64,000 nucleotides of DNA from assembly GCA_009914755.4 (NCBI GenBank), contig CP068257.2, forward strand, positions 544,001 through 608,000, written 5' to 3'. The translations under genes were made by a program, and so were the position numbers. Numbering within the stretch: position 1 is the stretch's first letter; each line of letters begins with the position of its first letter. Origin of the DNA: the human T2T-CHM13v2.0 reference genome, Homo sapiens. Below, one piece after another: positions 1-17,994 of the stretch. The notes beneath the pieces were generated by a model. The model was not told the DNA's origin, ran no database searches, and was given only the letters and a program-made list of their open reading frames with translations.

Positions 1-783
<783 letters not shown>

Positions 784-1418
784 CCTGCAGGTAGGCAGGC
801 TCCACCCCTTCATGAATGGCGGTGAGCCCTGGGACAGCCCGCCCCACCCCGGAAGGGTCCCAGGGCGTCGAGGCCTGTGGCCGGATGGTGTTGGGTTGTG
901 GGGGGAGGGCGTGGTGATGGTGGTGGTGGGGCCAGAGAGACAAAGAGGAAGGGGGCGAGGGGGAAGGGGTGAGGGGGGCGCGTTTCGGGGGGCTGGCTGT
1001 CCAGACCTCTCCAGGAATCCCACGGGAACTGGAAGCTGCTCTCTGGGCTCCCACGCGTCTTCAGCAGGGAGAAACCGGCCTGTGAGAGTGGAGGGGAGTG
1101 TGGAACAGAACCTCCGTGGGAGTCTTGAGTGTTCCAGGCCGTCTCTCCGTGAAGGAGGCAGTGTCTGTGGGTGTCGCCATTGCCGGGAGAGTCTGACACA
1201 CGCAGGCGTGTGGCTCTCATTCATTTCCACGTAGGAGACCAGAGCGAGACCCCAGAGAGAAGATGCCTCCCCGGCTTGATGGCCTGACAATGGATTCCCG
1301 TGTGCCGCAACGTGGGGAGTCTGCAATGTGGCTGGTTTGGAAACAGGCAAGGAGAGCGAAGCTTCCACCCTTCCCTGCATGTTTCCGGGTGCCCGCAGAG
1401 CTCCGGGAGAAAACAGCA

Positions 1419-4400
1419 TGACACATCTCTGAACTGATCAACAAAGTGAGGTAACTCTTGTCTAGGCTCTGCCTACAGGGGCTTTGTGACATATCTCTGC
1501 ACTGATCACCCAGGTGATGTAACTCTTGTGTTGGATCTGTCTACGGGGTCATTGTGACATATTTCTGCAATGATCACCCAGGTGATGGGACTCTTGTCTA
1601 GGCTCTGTGTATGGGGGCTTTGTGACATATCTCTGCCCTGATCACCCAGGTGATGAAACGCTTGATTAGGCTCTGCCTATGGGGCATAGTGACATATCAC
1701 TGAATTGATAACCGAGGTGATGTAACTCTTGTCCAGGCTCTGCCTATAGGGGGTCTTGTGACATATCTCTGCACTGATCACGTAGGTGATGTAACTCTTG
1801 CTTACGCTCTCCCTGCAGGGGCATTGTGAAATATCTCTGCACTGATCACCTAGGTGATGGGACTCTTCTCTAGGCTCTGCCTACTGGGGGAATTGTCACA
1901 TATGTCTGCACTGATAACCCAGGTGACGGACTCCTGTCTTTGAATTGCCTATGGGGGCATTGTGACATATCTCTGCACTGATCACCCAGGTGATGTAACT
2001 CTGGTCTAAGCTCTGCCTAAAGGAGCATTGTGACAGATCTCTGCACTGATCTCTCAGGTGATGTCACTATTGTCTAGGCTCTGCTTAAAAGGGCCTTGTC
2101 ACATATCTCTGCACAGATCATCCAGGTGATGTAACTCTTGTCTAGGCTCTGCTTACAGGGGGTATAGTGACAAATCTCTGCACTGATCACCTAAGTGATG
2201 TAACACTTGTGTAGGCTCTGCCAACAGGGGGATTTTGACATATCTCTGCACTGTTAACCGAGGTGACGTAACTCTTGTCTAGGCTGTGCCCACAGGGGGA
2301 TTGAGACATATCTCTGCACTGATGCAGGGGTGTTCTAACTCTTGCCTGGTCTCTGCCTACTGGGGTTACTGTGACATATCTCTGCACCAATCTCCCGGGT
2401 GCTGTAACTTTAATCTAGGCTCTGGTTACACGGAATTGTGACATATCACTGCACCCAAGTGATATAACTTGTCTAGGCTCTGCCTACAGGGTTCTCGTGA
2501 CATATCTCTGCACTGATCACCCAGGTGACATAACTCTTCTCTAGGATCTGCATACAGGGTTCTATGTGACATATCCCTGCAATGATCACCCAGGTGATAT
2601 ACCACTTGTCAAGGCTCTGCCAACAGGGGCATTGCGACACATCTCTGCACTGATCACCCAGGTAGTGTAACTGTTGTATAAGCTCTGCCTACAGCGGAAT
2701 TGTGTGAGATCTCGCCACTGATCACCCAAGTGATGTAACCATTGTCTAGGCTTTGCCTATAGTGGGCTTTTGACATACATTTGCACTGATCACCCAGGTG
2801 ATGTAACTCATCTAAGTTCTGCCTACAGGAGCTTTGTGACATATCTCTGCACTGATCACTTAGGGTATGTAACACTTTTATAAGCACTGCCTACAGGGAA
2901 ATTGGACAAATCTCTGCACTGATCACCTAGGTGATGTAACTCTTGTCTACCCTCTGCCCAAAGGGGGCATTGTGAAATATCTCTGCAATGATCACCCAGG
3001 TGATTCCACTCTTGTCTAGGATCTGCCCACAGGGGGTATTGTGAAATATATCTGCACTGATCAACTAGGTGATATAACTCCCGTCTAGGCTCTGCCTACA
3101 GGGGCGTTTTCACATATCCCTGAACTGATGACACAGGTGATGTAACTCTGGCCTAGGCTTTGCCTACAGGGGACATTGTGACATATCCCTGCACTGATCA
3201 CCCAGGTGATGCAACGCTTCTCTATGCTCTGCCTACAGCGGACATTGTGACATATCTCTGCACTGATCACCCAGTTGATGCAACTCTTCTCTATGCTCTG
3301 CCTACAGGGGGCATTGTGACATATCTCTGCACTGATCAACGAGGTGATGTAACTCTTTTCTAGTCTCTGCCGACAGAGGGCGTTGTGACATCACTCTGCA
3401 CGGATCACACGGTTTATGTAACTCTTGACTAGGCTCTGCCTACGGGGGCATTTTCACATATCACTGCACTGATCACCGAGATGATGTAACTCTTGTATAG
3501 GCTTCGCCGACAGGGGGCATTGAGACATATCTCTGCACTGATCACCGAGGTGATGCAACTGTTGTCTGGGATCTGCTTACAGGCGGCATTGTGACATATC
3601 TCTGCCCTGATCACCCAGGTGATGTAACTCTTGTCTAGGCTCTGCCTACTGGAGACATTGTGACATATCTCCGCACTGATCACCCAGTTGATGTCACTAT
3701 TGTCAAGGATATGGCTATAGAGATATTGTGACATGTCACTGCACTGATCACAGAGCTGATATAACTCTTGTCTAGGCTCTGGCAACAGGGGGCTAGTGAC
3801 ACATCTCTGCACTGATCACACAGGTGATGTAACTCTGTTCTAAGCTCTGCCTAAAGGGGCATTGTGACAGATCTCTGCACTGAGCACTCAGGTGGTGTAA
3901 CTATTGTCTAGGCTCTGCTTAAAGGGGCCTTGTCACATATCTCTGCACTGATCACCCAGGTGATGTAACTCTTGTCTAGGCTCTGCTTACAGGGGGTATT
4001 GTGACATAACCCTGCACTGATCACCTAAGTGACGTAACACTTATGTAGTCTCTGCCTACAGTGGCATTTTGACATATCTCTGCACTGTTAACCGAGGTGA
4101 TGAAACTCGTGTCTAGTCTGTGCCCACAGGGGGATTGAGACATATCTCTGCACTGATCCCGAGGTTATCCAACTCTTGCCTGGTCTCTGCCTACTGGGGA
4201 CATTGTGACATACCTCTGCTCTGATCACCCAGGTGCTGTAACTTTAGTGTAGGCTCTGGCTACACGGCATTGTGACATATCACTGCACTGATTACCCAGG
4301 TGATATAACTCTTGTCTAGGCTCTGCCTACAGGGGGCTTGTGACATATCTCTGCACTGATCACCCAGGTGATATAACTCTTCTCTAGGATCTGCCTACAG

Positions 4401-7400
4401 GGTGTTTTGTGACCTATCCCTGCAATGGTCACCCAGGTGATGTACCACTTGTCAACGCTCTGCCTACAGGGGCATTGCGATATATCTCTGCACTGATCAC
4501 CTAGGTCAAGTAACTCTTGTATAAGCTCTGCCTACAGTGGCAATGTGACATATCTCTACACTGGTCACCCAGGTGATGTAACTCTTTTCTAGGATCTGCC
4601 TACAGGGTGCTTTGTGACATATCCCTGCAATGATCACCAAGGTGATGTACCACTTGTCAAGGCTCTGCCTACAGGGACATTGCGATGTATCTCTGCACTG
4701 ATCACCTACGTCATGTAACTCTTGTCTAGGCTCTGCCTAGAATGGCATTGTGACATATCTCTGCACTGATCATCCAAGTGATGTAACCATTGTCTAGTAT
4801 CTGCCTAAAGGGACTTTGTGACATAACTCTGCACTGATCATCCAGGTGATGGAGATTTTGTCTAGGCTCTGCCTAAGGGGGCATTGTGACATATTCCTGG
4901 ACTGATCACCCAGGTGACAGACTCTTGTCTTGGATCTGCCTATGGGGGCATTGCAACGTATCTCTGCACTGATCACCCAGGTGATGTAACTGTCGTATAA
5001 GCTCTGCCTACAGGGGAATTGTGAGAGATCTCGCCCCTGATCACCCAAGTGATGTAACTATTGTCTAGGCTTTGCCTGCAGGGAGCTTTGTGACATACCT
5101 TTTCACTGATCACCCAGGAGTTGTAACTCATCTAAGTTCTGCCTACAGGAGCTTTGTGACATATCTCGTGCTCTGATCACTTATGTGATGTAACACTTTT
5201 ATAAGCACTGCCTACAGTGGAATTTTGACAAATCTCTGCACTGATCACCTAGGTGATGTAAGCCTGGTGTACCCTCTGCCCAAAGGGGGCATTGTGAAAT
5301 ATCTCTGCACTGATCACCCAGGTGATGTAACTCTTTTGTACTCTCTGCCTACAGAGGGCGTTGTGACATCACTCTGCACGGAACACCAGGGTTATGTAAC
5401 TCGTGTCTAGGCTCTGCCTACGGGGGCATTGTGACTTATCTCCGCACTTATCACCCTGGAGATGTGAGTCTTGTCTAAGCTCTTCCTAGAGGGACATTGG
5501 GACATATCTCTGCACTGATCGCTGAGGTGATGTAAAAATTGTCTAGGCTTTGCCTAAAGTGGGATTTATGACATATCTCTGCACTGATCACCCTGGGGAG
5601 GAAACTCTGGTCTACCCTCTGCCTACAGGAGGCTTTATGACTTATACCTGCACTGATAACGTAGGTGATGTAACACTTGTCTAGGCTCTGCCTACACGGG
5701 AATTCTCACATATCTCTACACTGATCACCCAGGTGATGGAACTCTGGTCTAGGTTCTGCTTACATGGGGTATTGTGACATATGTCTGCACTGATCACCTA
5801 AGTGAGGTAACACTTGTGTAGGCTCTGCCTACAGGGGCATTTTGACATATCCCTGCACTGTTTAACTGAGGTGATGTAACTCTTCTCTAGCCTGTGCCCA
5901 CAGAGGGATTGAGACATATCTCTGCACTGATCCCGAGGCGATCTTACTCTTGCCTGGTCTCTGCCTACTGGGGACATTGTGACATATATCTGCACTGATC
6001 TCCGAGGTGCTGTAACTTTAGTCTAGGTTCCGGCTACACGGCATTGTGACATATCTCTGCATTGATCACCCAGGTGATGTAACGCTTCACTAGGCTCTGC
6101 CTATGGGGCATATTGACATATCACTGTATTGATCACTGAGGTGATGTAACTCTTGTCCAGGCTCTGCCTATAGGGGGCCTTGCGACATATCTCTGTACTG
6201 ATCACCTAGGTGATGTAACTCTTGCTTACACTCTGCCTGCAGGGGCATTGTAAAATATCTCTTCACTGATTACCCAGGTGATGGGACTCTTCTCTAGGCT
6301 CTGCCTACTTGGGGCATTGTCACATATTTCTGCCCTGATCACCCAGGAGACGGACTCTTGTCTTGATTTTGCCTATGGGGGCATTGTGACATATCTCTGC
6401 ACTGATCACCCAGGTGAAGTAACCCTGGTCTAAGCTCTGCCTAAAGGGGCATTGTGACATATCTCTGCACTGATCACTCAGGTGATGTAACTATTGTCTA
6501 GGCTCTGCTTAAAGGAGCCTTGTCACATATCTCTGCACTGATCACCCAGGTGATGTCACTCTTGCCTAGTCTCTGCTAACGGGGTATTGTGACATATCTC
6601 TGCACTGATCAGGTAAGTGATGTAAGACTTGTGTAGGCTCTGTCTACAGATGCATTTTGACATATCTCTGCAATGTTAACGGAGGTGATGTAACCCTTGT
6701 CTAGGCTGTGCCAACACGGGGATTGAGACATATCTCTGCACTGATCCCGAGGTGATCAAACTCTTGCCTGGTCTCTGCCTACTGGGGACACTGTGACATA
6801 TCTCTGCACTGATTTCCGAGTTGCTGTAACTTTAGTCTAGGCTCTGACTACACGGCATTGTGACATATCACTGCACTGATCACCGAGGTGATATTACTCT
6901 TGTCTAGGCTCTGCCTACAGGGGGCTTGTGACACATCTCGGCACTGATCACCCAGGTGATATAACTCTTCTCTAGGATCTGCTACAGGGTGCTTTGTGAC
7001 ATATCCCTGCACTGATCACCCAGGTGATGGGACTCTTGTCTAGGCTCTGCCAACAATGGCATTCTGACATATCTCTGCACTGATCACCCAGGTGACGTAA
7101 CTCTTTTCTAGGATCTGCTTACAGGGTGCTTTGTGACATATCCCTGCAATGATCATCCAGGTGATGTACCACTTGTCAAGGCTCTGCCTACAGGGACATT
7201 GCGTTTTATCTCTGCACTGATCACCTAGGTCATGTAACTCTTTTCTAGGCTCTGCCTACAGTGGCATTGTGACATATCTCTGCCCTGATCATCCAAGTGA
7301 TGTAACTATTGTCTAGGATCTGCCTAAAGGGACTTTGTGACATAAATCTGCACTGATCATCCAGGTGATGGGGCTTTTGTCTAGGCTCTCCTAAGGAAGC

Positions 7401-9235
7401 ATTGTGACATATTTCTGCACTGATCACCCAGGTGACGGACTCCTGTCTTGGATCTGCCTATGGGGGCATTGTGACATATCTCTGCACTGATCACACAGGT
7501 GATGTAACTGTTGTATAAGCTCTGCCTACAGAATTGTGAGAGATCTCCTCACTTATCGCTCAATTGATGTAACTCTTGTCTAGGGTTTGCCTAAAGGGGG
7601 CTTTGTGACATACCTTTTCACTGATCACCCAGGTGATGTAACTCATCTAAGTTCTGCCTACAGAAGCTTTCTGAGATATCGCTGCACTGATCACTTAGGT
7701 GATGTAACACTTTTATAAGCACTGCCTACAGAGAATTTTGACAAATCTCTGCACTGATAACCTAGGTGATGTAACTCTATTCTAGGATCTGCCTACAGGG
7801 TGCTTTGTGGCATATCCCTGCAATGATCACCCAGGTGATGTACCACTTCTCAAGGCTCTGCCTACAGGGACATTGCGAAGTATCTCTGCACTGATCTCCG
7901 AGGTCATGTAACTCTTGTCCACTCTCTGCCTATAGGGGGCATTGTGAAATATCTCTGCACTGATCACCCAGGTGTTGGGACTCTTCTCTATACTCTGCCT
8001 ATAGGGGGATTTGTGACATATCTCTGCACTCATCACCCACGTGATGGAAGACTTGTCTGGTCTCTGTCTATGGTGGCATTGTGTCAAATATCTGCACTGA
8101 TCACCCAGGTGATGTAACTCTTGTCTAGGCTCTGTCTACTGGGATTTGTGTGACATATCACTGCACTGATCACCTAGATGATGTAAGCCTTTTTTAGGTT
8201 TGCCTACAGAAGGCTTTGTGACATATCTATGCACAGATCTCTGAGGTGATGCTACTCTTGTCTAGGCACTGCCTACAGGGGACATTGGTACATATCTCTG
8301 CACTGATCACCCAGGTGATGGACACTTGTCTTAGATCTGCCTACATGGACATTGTGACACATCTCTGAACTGATCAACCAAGTGATGAAATTCTTGTCTA
8401 GGCTCTGCCTACAGGGCCTTTGTGACACATCTCTGCACTGATCACCCTGGGGAGGGAACTCTTGTCTACGCTCTGCCTACAGGAGGCTTTATAACTTTTA
8501 CCTGCACTGATAACCCAGGTGATGTATCACTTGTCTAGGCTCTGTCTACACGGGAATTCTCACATATCTCTGCACTGATCACCCGGGTGATGTAATTCCT
8601 TTCTAGGTTCAGCCTACAGGAGCGTTTTGACATATGTCTGCACTGATCACCCAGATGATGTAACCCTTGTCTAAGCTCTGCCTACAGGGGCATTGTGACG
8701 GATCTCTACACTGCTCACCCAGGTGATGTAACAATTGTCTGGGCTTTGCCTACAGGGGGCTTTGTGATATACATTTCCACTGATCAAACAGGTGATGTAA
8801 CCCTTGTCAAGGTTCTGCTTACAGGGGCTTTGTGACATATCTCTACACTGATCACCCCAGGGAGGAAACACTTGTCTACTCTATGTCTACAGGAGACTTT
8901 ACGACTTATCCCTGCACTGATCACTAGGTGATATAACACTTGTCTAGGATCTGTCTGCACGGGAATTTTCACATATAGCTACATTGATCACCTAAGTGAT
9001 GTAACCCTTGTTTACGTTCAGCCTACTGGGGATTTCTGACATACCTATGCACTGATCAACGAGTTGATGTATATCATTTCCAGGCTTTTTGTACAGGGGA
9101 CATTGTGATATATCTCTGCACTGATCACCCAAATGATGCAAATCTTCTCTAGGCTCCGCACGGAGGAGGCATTGTGACATATTTCTGTACTGATCATCCA
9201 GGAGATTTAACTATTCTCCAGGCTTTGACTAAAGA
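1419..9235. repeat. Beta satellite (68-bp Sau3A-type monomers), diverged block between units A and B
   Basis: Continuous tandem monomers of about 68 bp, each with a tgatca(c) core and ...ctgcctacaggg...gtgacatatctctgcactgatcacccaggtgatgtaactcttgtctagg. Monomers differ by about 10-20%. Confidence 0.9.
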
Positions 9236-9937
9236 GCTTCGGAAGGTGTTGTGAGAGCCTCAGCTGGAATTTCACGGATGGACAAGGGCACAGAGAGGCC
9301 AGCGGACTCCCTTGCACGTCAGCCCGAGCACGCAATGAACGCAGGTCTAACCAGGAGTCTGGCAAAGACGGCTAGAGGTCTGCGTTCCGCCGCCAGCCTC
9401 TCCATGGTGGCAGCTGGGAGGCTGCAGGGGCACGGAAGGGCCAGCGACGGTGGTGCAGAGGCACAGAGGAGGCGAGCTGCTGGAGGGGTGTCAGGCCTGG
9501 ACGCTGCGTGGGCCCAGTGTTTTGCAGGATGTGGGTCTCCACCCAGCCCAGGGGAAGATTCATTTTCTTTGGGTGGGTGGTGGGGTTGGGAAGGGTGTGG
9601 TCAGGCGGGGGTGGGGTGGTGGATAGGCATGATAGCTCTGTCCAGTCTGCTCCCAAAGCTCAGGCGGCTGCCCGCAAACCCGCGCGTGCGCAGTGGGTGG
9701 CCCACCTGCTGGTACCTGGCCCGGATCTGGTATCCCCGGGATGCCCAGGAAAGAATGGCAGTTCTCTGCTGTGTGTAGTCCCTCACCGGGCCTGGACCAA
9801 GAAGGCAGGAATCCCAGGCCGGTCAGTCCAGTGAAGGGGGCGTGGGGAAGACACGCCCCTCCATAGCCAGCCAGGTGTTCCCCGCGATATAGAGGCCACC
9901 GCCCTGCCCCGACCCGACCCTGTCCCAACCCCGCGTC

Positions 9938-11377
<1,440 letters not shown>

Positions 11378-11998
11378 TCATGAATGGCGGTGAGCCCTGG
11401 GACAGCCCTCCCCACCCCGGAATGGTCCCAGGGCATCGAGGTCTGTGGCCGGGGGGTGGTGTGATGGGGTGGGAGGGAGTGGTGATGGTGGTGGTGGGGC
11501 CGGAGAGACGAAGAGGAAGGGGGCAAGGGGGAAGGGGTGAGGGGGGCGCGTTTCACGGGCTGACTCTCCGGACCTCTCCAGGAATCCCTCGGGAAATGGA
11601 AGCCACTCTCTTGGCTCCCACGCGTCTTCAGCAGGGAGAAACCGGCCTGGGAGTGTGGAGGCGAGTGTGGAACTGAACCTCTGTGGGAGTCTTGAGTGTT
11701 CCAGGCCCTCTCTCCGTGAAGGAGGCAGTGCCTGTGGGTGTCGCCGTTGCTGGGACAGTCTGACACACGCAGGCATGTGGCTCTCATTCATTTCCACGTA
11801 GGAGAACAGAGCGAGAACCCAGAGAGAAGATGTCTCCCCGGCGTGATGGCCTGACGATGGATTCCCGTGTGCAGCAACATGGGGAGTCTGCAGTGTGGAC
11901 GGTTTGGAAACTGGCAAGGAGAGCGAAAGCACCACGCCGGTCTTCCACTATTCCCTGCATGTTTCCCGGTGCCGGCAGAGCTCTGGGAGCAAAGAGTC

Positions 11999-14900
11999 AT
12001 CCTGAAACATCTCTGAACGGATCAACAAAGTGAAGTAAGTCTTGTCTAGACTCTGCCTACAGGGGCTTTGTGATGTATCTCTGCACTGATCACCCAGGTG
12101 ATGGGACATTTGTCTAGGCTCTGCCTATGACAGCATTGTGACATATCTCTACACTGACCACCAAGGTGATGTGAATCTTTTGTTGGATCTGCCTCTGGGG
12201 GCATTGTGATATATTTCTGCACTGATCATCCAGGTGATGGGACTCTAGTCTAGGCTCTGTGTATGGGGCTTTGTGACATACCTTTGCACTGACCACCCAG
12301 GTGATGTAACTCATCTAAGTTCTGCCTACAGGAGCTTTGTGACATATCTCTGCACTGATCACTTAGGTGATGTAACACTTTTATAATCACTGCCTACAGG
12401 GAATTTTGACAAATCTCTGCACTGATCACCTAGGTGATGTAACTCTTGTCTGCCCTCTGCCCAAAGGGGCATTGTGAAATGTCTCTGAACTGATCACCCA
12501 GGTGATTCAACTCCTGTGTAGGATCTGCCTACAGCGGCGTTTTCACATATCCCTGAAATGATGACAAAGGTGATGTAACTCTTGCCTAGGCTTTCCCTAC
12601 AGGGCACATTGTGACATATCTCTGCACTGATCACCCAGGTGATATAACTCTTCTCTAGGATCTGACCACAGGGTGCTTTGTGATATATCACTTCACTGAT
12701 CACCCAGGTGATGCAGCTCTTCTCTATGCTCTGCCTCCAGGGGTCATTGTGATATACCTCTTCACTGATCACCCAGGTGATGTAACTCTTGTCTAGGTTC
12801 TGCTTACAAGGGGTATTGTGACATATCTCTGCACTGATCACCTAAGTGATGTAACACTTGTGTAAGCTATGCCTACAGGGGCATTTAGACATATCTCTGC
12901 ACTGTTAACCGAGGTGACGTAACTCTTGTCTAGGCTGTGCCCACAGGGTGATTAAGACATATCTCTGCACTGATCCCGAGGTGATTCAACTCTTGCTTGG
13001 TCTCTGCCTACTGGGGATATTGTGACATATCTCTGCACTGATCTCCCAGGTGCAGTAACTTTATTCTAGGCTCTGGCTACACTACATTGTGACATATCAC
13101 TGCACTGATCATCCAAGTGATATAACTCTTGTCTAGTCTCTGCATGCAGGGTTCTTGTGACATATCTCTGCACTGATCACCCAGGTGATGTAACTGTTGT
13201 ATAAGCCCTGCCTACAGGGGAATTGTGAGAGATCTCGCCACTGATCACCGAAGTGATGTAACTATTGTCTACGCTTTGCCTACAGGGGGCTTTGTGACAT
13301 ACCTTTGCACTGATCACCCAGGTGATGTAACTCATCTAAGTTCTGCCTACAGGAGCTTTCTGACATATCTCTGCACTGATCCCTTAGGTGATGTAACACT
13401 TTTATAAGCACTGCTACAGGGAATTTTGAAAAATCTCTGCACAGAACACCTAGGTGATGTAACTCTTGTCTGCCCTCTGCCCAAAGGGGGCATTGTGAAA
13501 TATCTCTGCACTGATCCACTAGGTGATGTAACTAGTGTCTATGCTCTGCCTACAGGGGCGTTTTCACATATCCCTGAACTGATGACAAAGGTGATGTAAC
13601 TCTTGCCTAGGCTTTGCCTACAGGGGAAATTGTGACATATCTCTGCACTGATAACCCAGGTGATGCAACTCTTGTCTAGGATCTGCCTACAGCAGAATTC
13701 TCACATATCCCTGAACTGTTGACAAAGGTGATGGAACTCTTGCCTAGGCTTTGCCTACAGGGGAAATTGTGACATATCTCTGCACTGATAACCCAGATGA
13801 TGCTACTCTTCTCTATGCTCTGCCTACAGGGGACATTGTGACATATCTCTGCACTGATAACCCAGGTGATGTAACTCTTGTCTAGGCTCTGATTACAGGG
13901 GGTATTGGGATATATCTCTGCACTGATCACCTAAGTGATGTAACACTTGTGTAGGCTCTCCCTACAGGGGCATTTTGACATATCTCTGCACTGTTAACCG
14001 AGGTGATGTAACTCTTCTCAAGGCTGTGCCCACAGTGGGATTGAGACATATCTCTGCACTGATCCCGAGGTGATCCAACTCTTGCCTGGTCTCTGCCTAC
14101 TGGGGACATTGTGACATATCTCTGCACTGATCTCCCAGGTGCAGTAACTTTAGTCTAGGCACTGGCTACACGGCATTGTGACATATCACTGCACTGATCA
14201 CCCAGGTGATATAACTCTTGTCTAAGGTCTGCCTGCAGGGTTCCTGTGACATATCTCTGCACTGATCATCCAGGTGATATAACTCTTCTTTAGGATCTGC
14301 CTACAGGGTGCTTTATGACATATCCCTGCAATGATCACCCAGGTGATATACCCCTTGTCAAGGCTCTGCCTACAGGGGCATTGCGATGTATCTCTGCACT
14401 GATCACCTAGGTCATGTAACTCTTGTCTAGGCTCTGCCTACAGTGGCATTGTGACATATCTCTGCACTGATCATCCAAGTGATGTAACTCTTGTCTAGGA
14501 TCTGCCTAAAGGGACTTTGTGACATAACTCTGCACTGATCATCCAAGTGATGGGGCTTTTGTCTAGGCTCTGCCTAAGGGGGCATTGTGACATATTTCTG
14601 AACTGATCACCCAGGTGACGGACTCTTGTCTTGGATCTGCCTATGGGGGCATTGTGACATATCTCTGCACTGATCACCCAGGTGATGCAAGTGTTGTATA
14701 AGCTGTGCCTACAGGGAAATTGTGAGAGATCTCTCCACTGATCATCCAAGTGATGTAACTATTGTCTAGGCTTTGCCTACATGGGGATTTGTGACATACC
14801 TTTGCACTGATCACACAGGTGATTCAACTCTTGTCTAGGATCTGTCTACAGGGGGTATTGTGAAAAAGCTCTACACTCATCATCTAGGTGATGTAACTGT

Positions 14901-17900
14901 TGTCCAGGCTCGGCCTACAGAGGCGTTTCCACATATCCCTTAACTGATGACAAAGGTGATGTAACCCTTGCCTAGACTTTGCCTACAAGGGACATTGTGA
15001 CATATCACTGCACTGATCACCCAGGTGATGCAACTCTTGTCTAGGATCTGCCTACAGGCGACATTGTGACATATCTCTACACTGATCACCGAGGTGATGC
15101 AACTCTTCTCTATGCTCTGCCTACAGGGGGCATTGTGACATATCTCTGCACTTATCACCAAGGTGATGTACCTCTTTTCTAGTCTCTGCCTACAGAGGGC
15201 CTTGTGACATCACACTGCACGGATCACCCGGGTGATGTAACTCTTGTCTAGGCTCTGCCTATGTGGGCATAGTGACTTACCTCTGCACTGATCACCCAGG
15301 AGATGTGACTCTAGTCTAAGCTTTGCCTAGAGGCACATTGGGACATATCTCTTCACTGATCGCTGAGGTGATGTAAAACTTGTCTAGGCTTTGCCTACTG
15401 TGGGAATTATGACATATCTCTGCACTGATCACCCAGGGAATGTAACTCTTGTCTAGGCTCTGCTTACACGGGGCATTGTGAGATATCTCTGCACTGATCA
15501 CTCAGGTGATGTAACTCTTGTCTAGGCTCTGCCTACAGTGGCATTTTAACATATCACCGCACTGATCACCGAGATGATGTAACTTTTGTATAGACTTCGC
15601 CAATAGGGGGCATTGAGATATATCTCTGCACTGATCATCGAGGTGATGCAACTTTTGTCTGGGATCTGCTTACAGGGGGCATTCTGACATTTCTCTGCCC
15701 TGATCACCCAGGTGATGTAATCTTTGTCTAGGCTCTACCTGCTGCAGACATTGTGACATATCTCCGCACTGATCACCCAGGTGATGTCACTTTTCTCAAG
15801 GATATGGCTACACGGACATTGTGACATGTCACTGCACTGATCACACAGCTGATGTAACACTTTTCTAGGCTCTGGCTACAGGGGGTTTGTGACACATCTC
15901 TGCACTGATCACCCAGGTGATGTAACCCTTGTCTAGGCTCTGCCAAAAGGGGGCATTGTGACATAACTCTGCACTGATCACCCCGGTGATGGGACTCTTG
16001 TCTAGGCTCTGCCTACAGGGGCATTGTGACATATCTCTGCAGTGATCGCGCATGTGATGTAACTCTTGTCTATATCTGCCTACTGGCGGCATTGTGGCAT
16101 ATTTCTGCACTGATCACCCAGGTTATGGACCCTTTTCTTGGATCTGCCTATGGGCCATAGTGACATATCTCTGCACTGATCACTCATGTGATGTAACCCT
16201 TGTGTAAGCTGTGCCTAAAGGGGAATTGTGACAGATATCTCCAGTGATCACCCAGGTGATGTAACAATATTCTGGGATTTGTCTTCTGGGGGCTTTGTGA
16301 CATATCTTTGCACTGATCACCCAGGAGATGAAACTGTTGTCTAGGCTCGGCCTATAGGGGCTTTGTGTCATAAATCTGCACTGATCACCCAGGTGATGTA
16401 ACTCTTATTTAGGCTCTGCCTACAGGGGCTTTGTGATATATCTCTGCACTGATCACCCAGGTGATGTAACTCTTGTCTAGGCTCCACCTACAAGGAGTAT
16501 TGTGACGTATCTCTGCACTGATCACTCATGTGATGTAACTGTTGTCTAGGCTCCACCTACAGGGTGTATTGTGGCGTATCTCTGCAGTGATCACGCTGGT
16601 GATGTAACATTTATCCAGGCGCTGCCTACTGGGGCGCTTTGACATAGCTCTGCACAGATCACCTAGGTTATGTAACTCTTGTCGACTCTCTGCCTACAGG
16701 GGGCATTGTGAAATATCTCTGCACTGATCACCCATGTGATGGGACTCTTCTCTATACTCTGCCTATAGGGGGATTTGTGACATATCTGTGCACTGATCAC
16801 CCAGGTGATGGAAGTCTTGTCTAGGCTCTGTCTATGGGACCATTATGTCAAATATCTGCACTGATCACCCAGGTGATGTAACTCTTGTCTAAGCTCTGTC
16901 TACAGGGATTTTTGTGACATATCACTGCACTGATCACCTAGGTGGTGTAAGCTTTGTATGGGCGTTGCCTACAGAAGGCTTTGTGGCATATCTATGCTCT
17001 GATCTGTGAGGTGATGCATCTCATGCCTAGGCACTGCCTACAGGGGACATTGGTACATATCTCTGCACTGATCACCCAGGTGATGGACCCTTGACTTAGA
17101 TCTGCCTACATGGACATTGTGACACATCTCTGAACTGATCAACCATGTGATGAAACTCTTGTCTAGGATCTGACTACAGGGACTTTGTGACACGTCTCTG
17201 CACTGATCACTCTGGGGAGGGAACTCTTTTCTATGCTCTGCCTTCAGGAGGCTTTACGACTTATACCTGCACTGATAACCTAGGTGATGTAATACTTGTC
17301 TAGACTCTGCCTACACTGGAATTTTCACATATCTCTGCAATGATCACCCAGTTGATGTAACTCCTGTCTAGGTTCAGCCTACAGGAGCGTTTTGACATAT
17401 CTCTGCACTGATCACCCAGGTGATGTAACCCTTGTCTAAGCTGTGCCTACAGGGGCATTGTGACAGATCTCTCCACTGCTCACCCAGGTGATGTAACAAT
17501 TATCTTGGCTTTGCCTACAGGGGGCTTTCTGATATACATTTCCACTGATGAAACAGGTGATGTAACCTTTGTCAAGGTTCTGCTTACAGGGGCTTTGTGA
17601 CATATCTCTGTACTGATCACCCCAGGGTGGAACCACTTTTCTGCACTCCGCCTACAGGAGGCTTTACGACTTATCCCTGCACTGATCACTAGGTGATGTA
17701 ATACTTGTCTAAGCTCTGTCTACACGGGAATTTTCACATATCTCTATACTGATCACCTAAGTGATGTGACCCTTGTCTAGGTTCAGCCTACTGGGGATTT
17801 CTGACATACCTATGCACTGATCACTGAGGTGATGTAAATCATTTCCAGGCTTTCTGTACAGGGGACATTGTGATATATCTCTGCACTTATCACCCAAATG

Positions 17901-17994
17901 ATGCAAATGTTTTCTAGACTCCGCAGGGAGGGGGCATTGTGACATATTTCTTAACGGATCATCTAGGAAGATGTAACTATTCTCCAGGCTTTGA
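11999..17994. repeat. Beta satellite, diverged block between units B and C
   Basis: 68-bp GATC-containing monomers. The last about 1 kb (17.0-18.0 kb) is colinear with 8.0-9.2 kb, i.e. the same approach to the D4Z4-like unit. Confidence 0.9.
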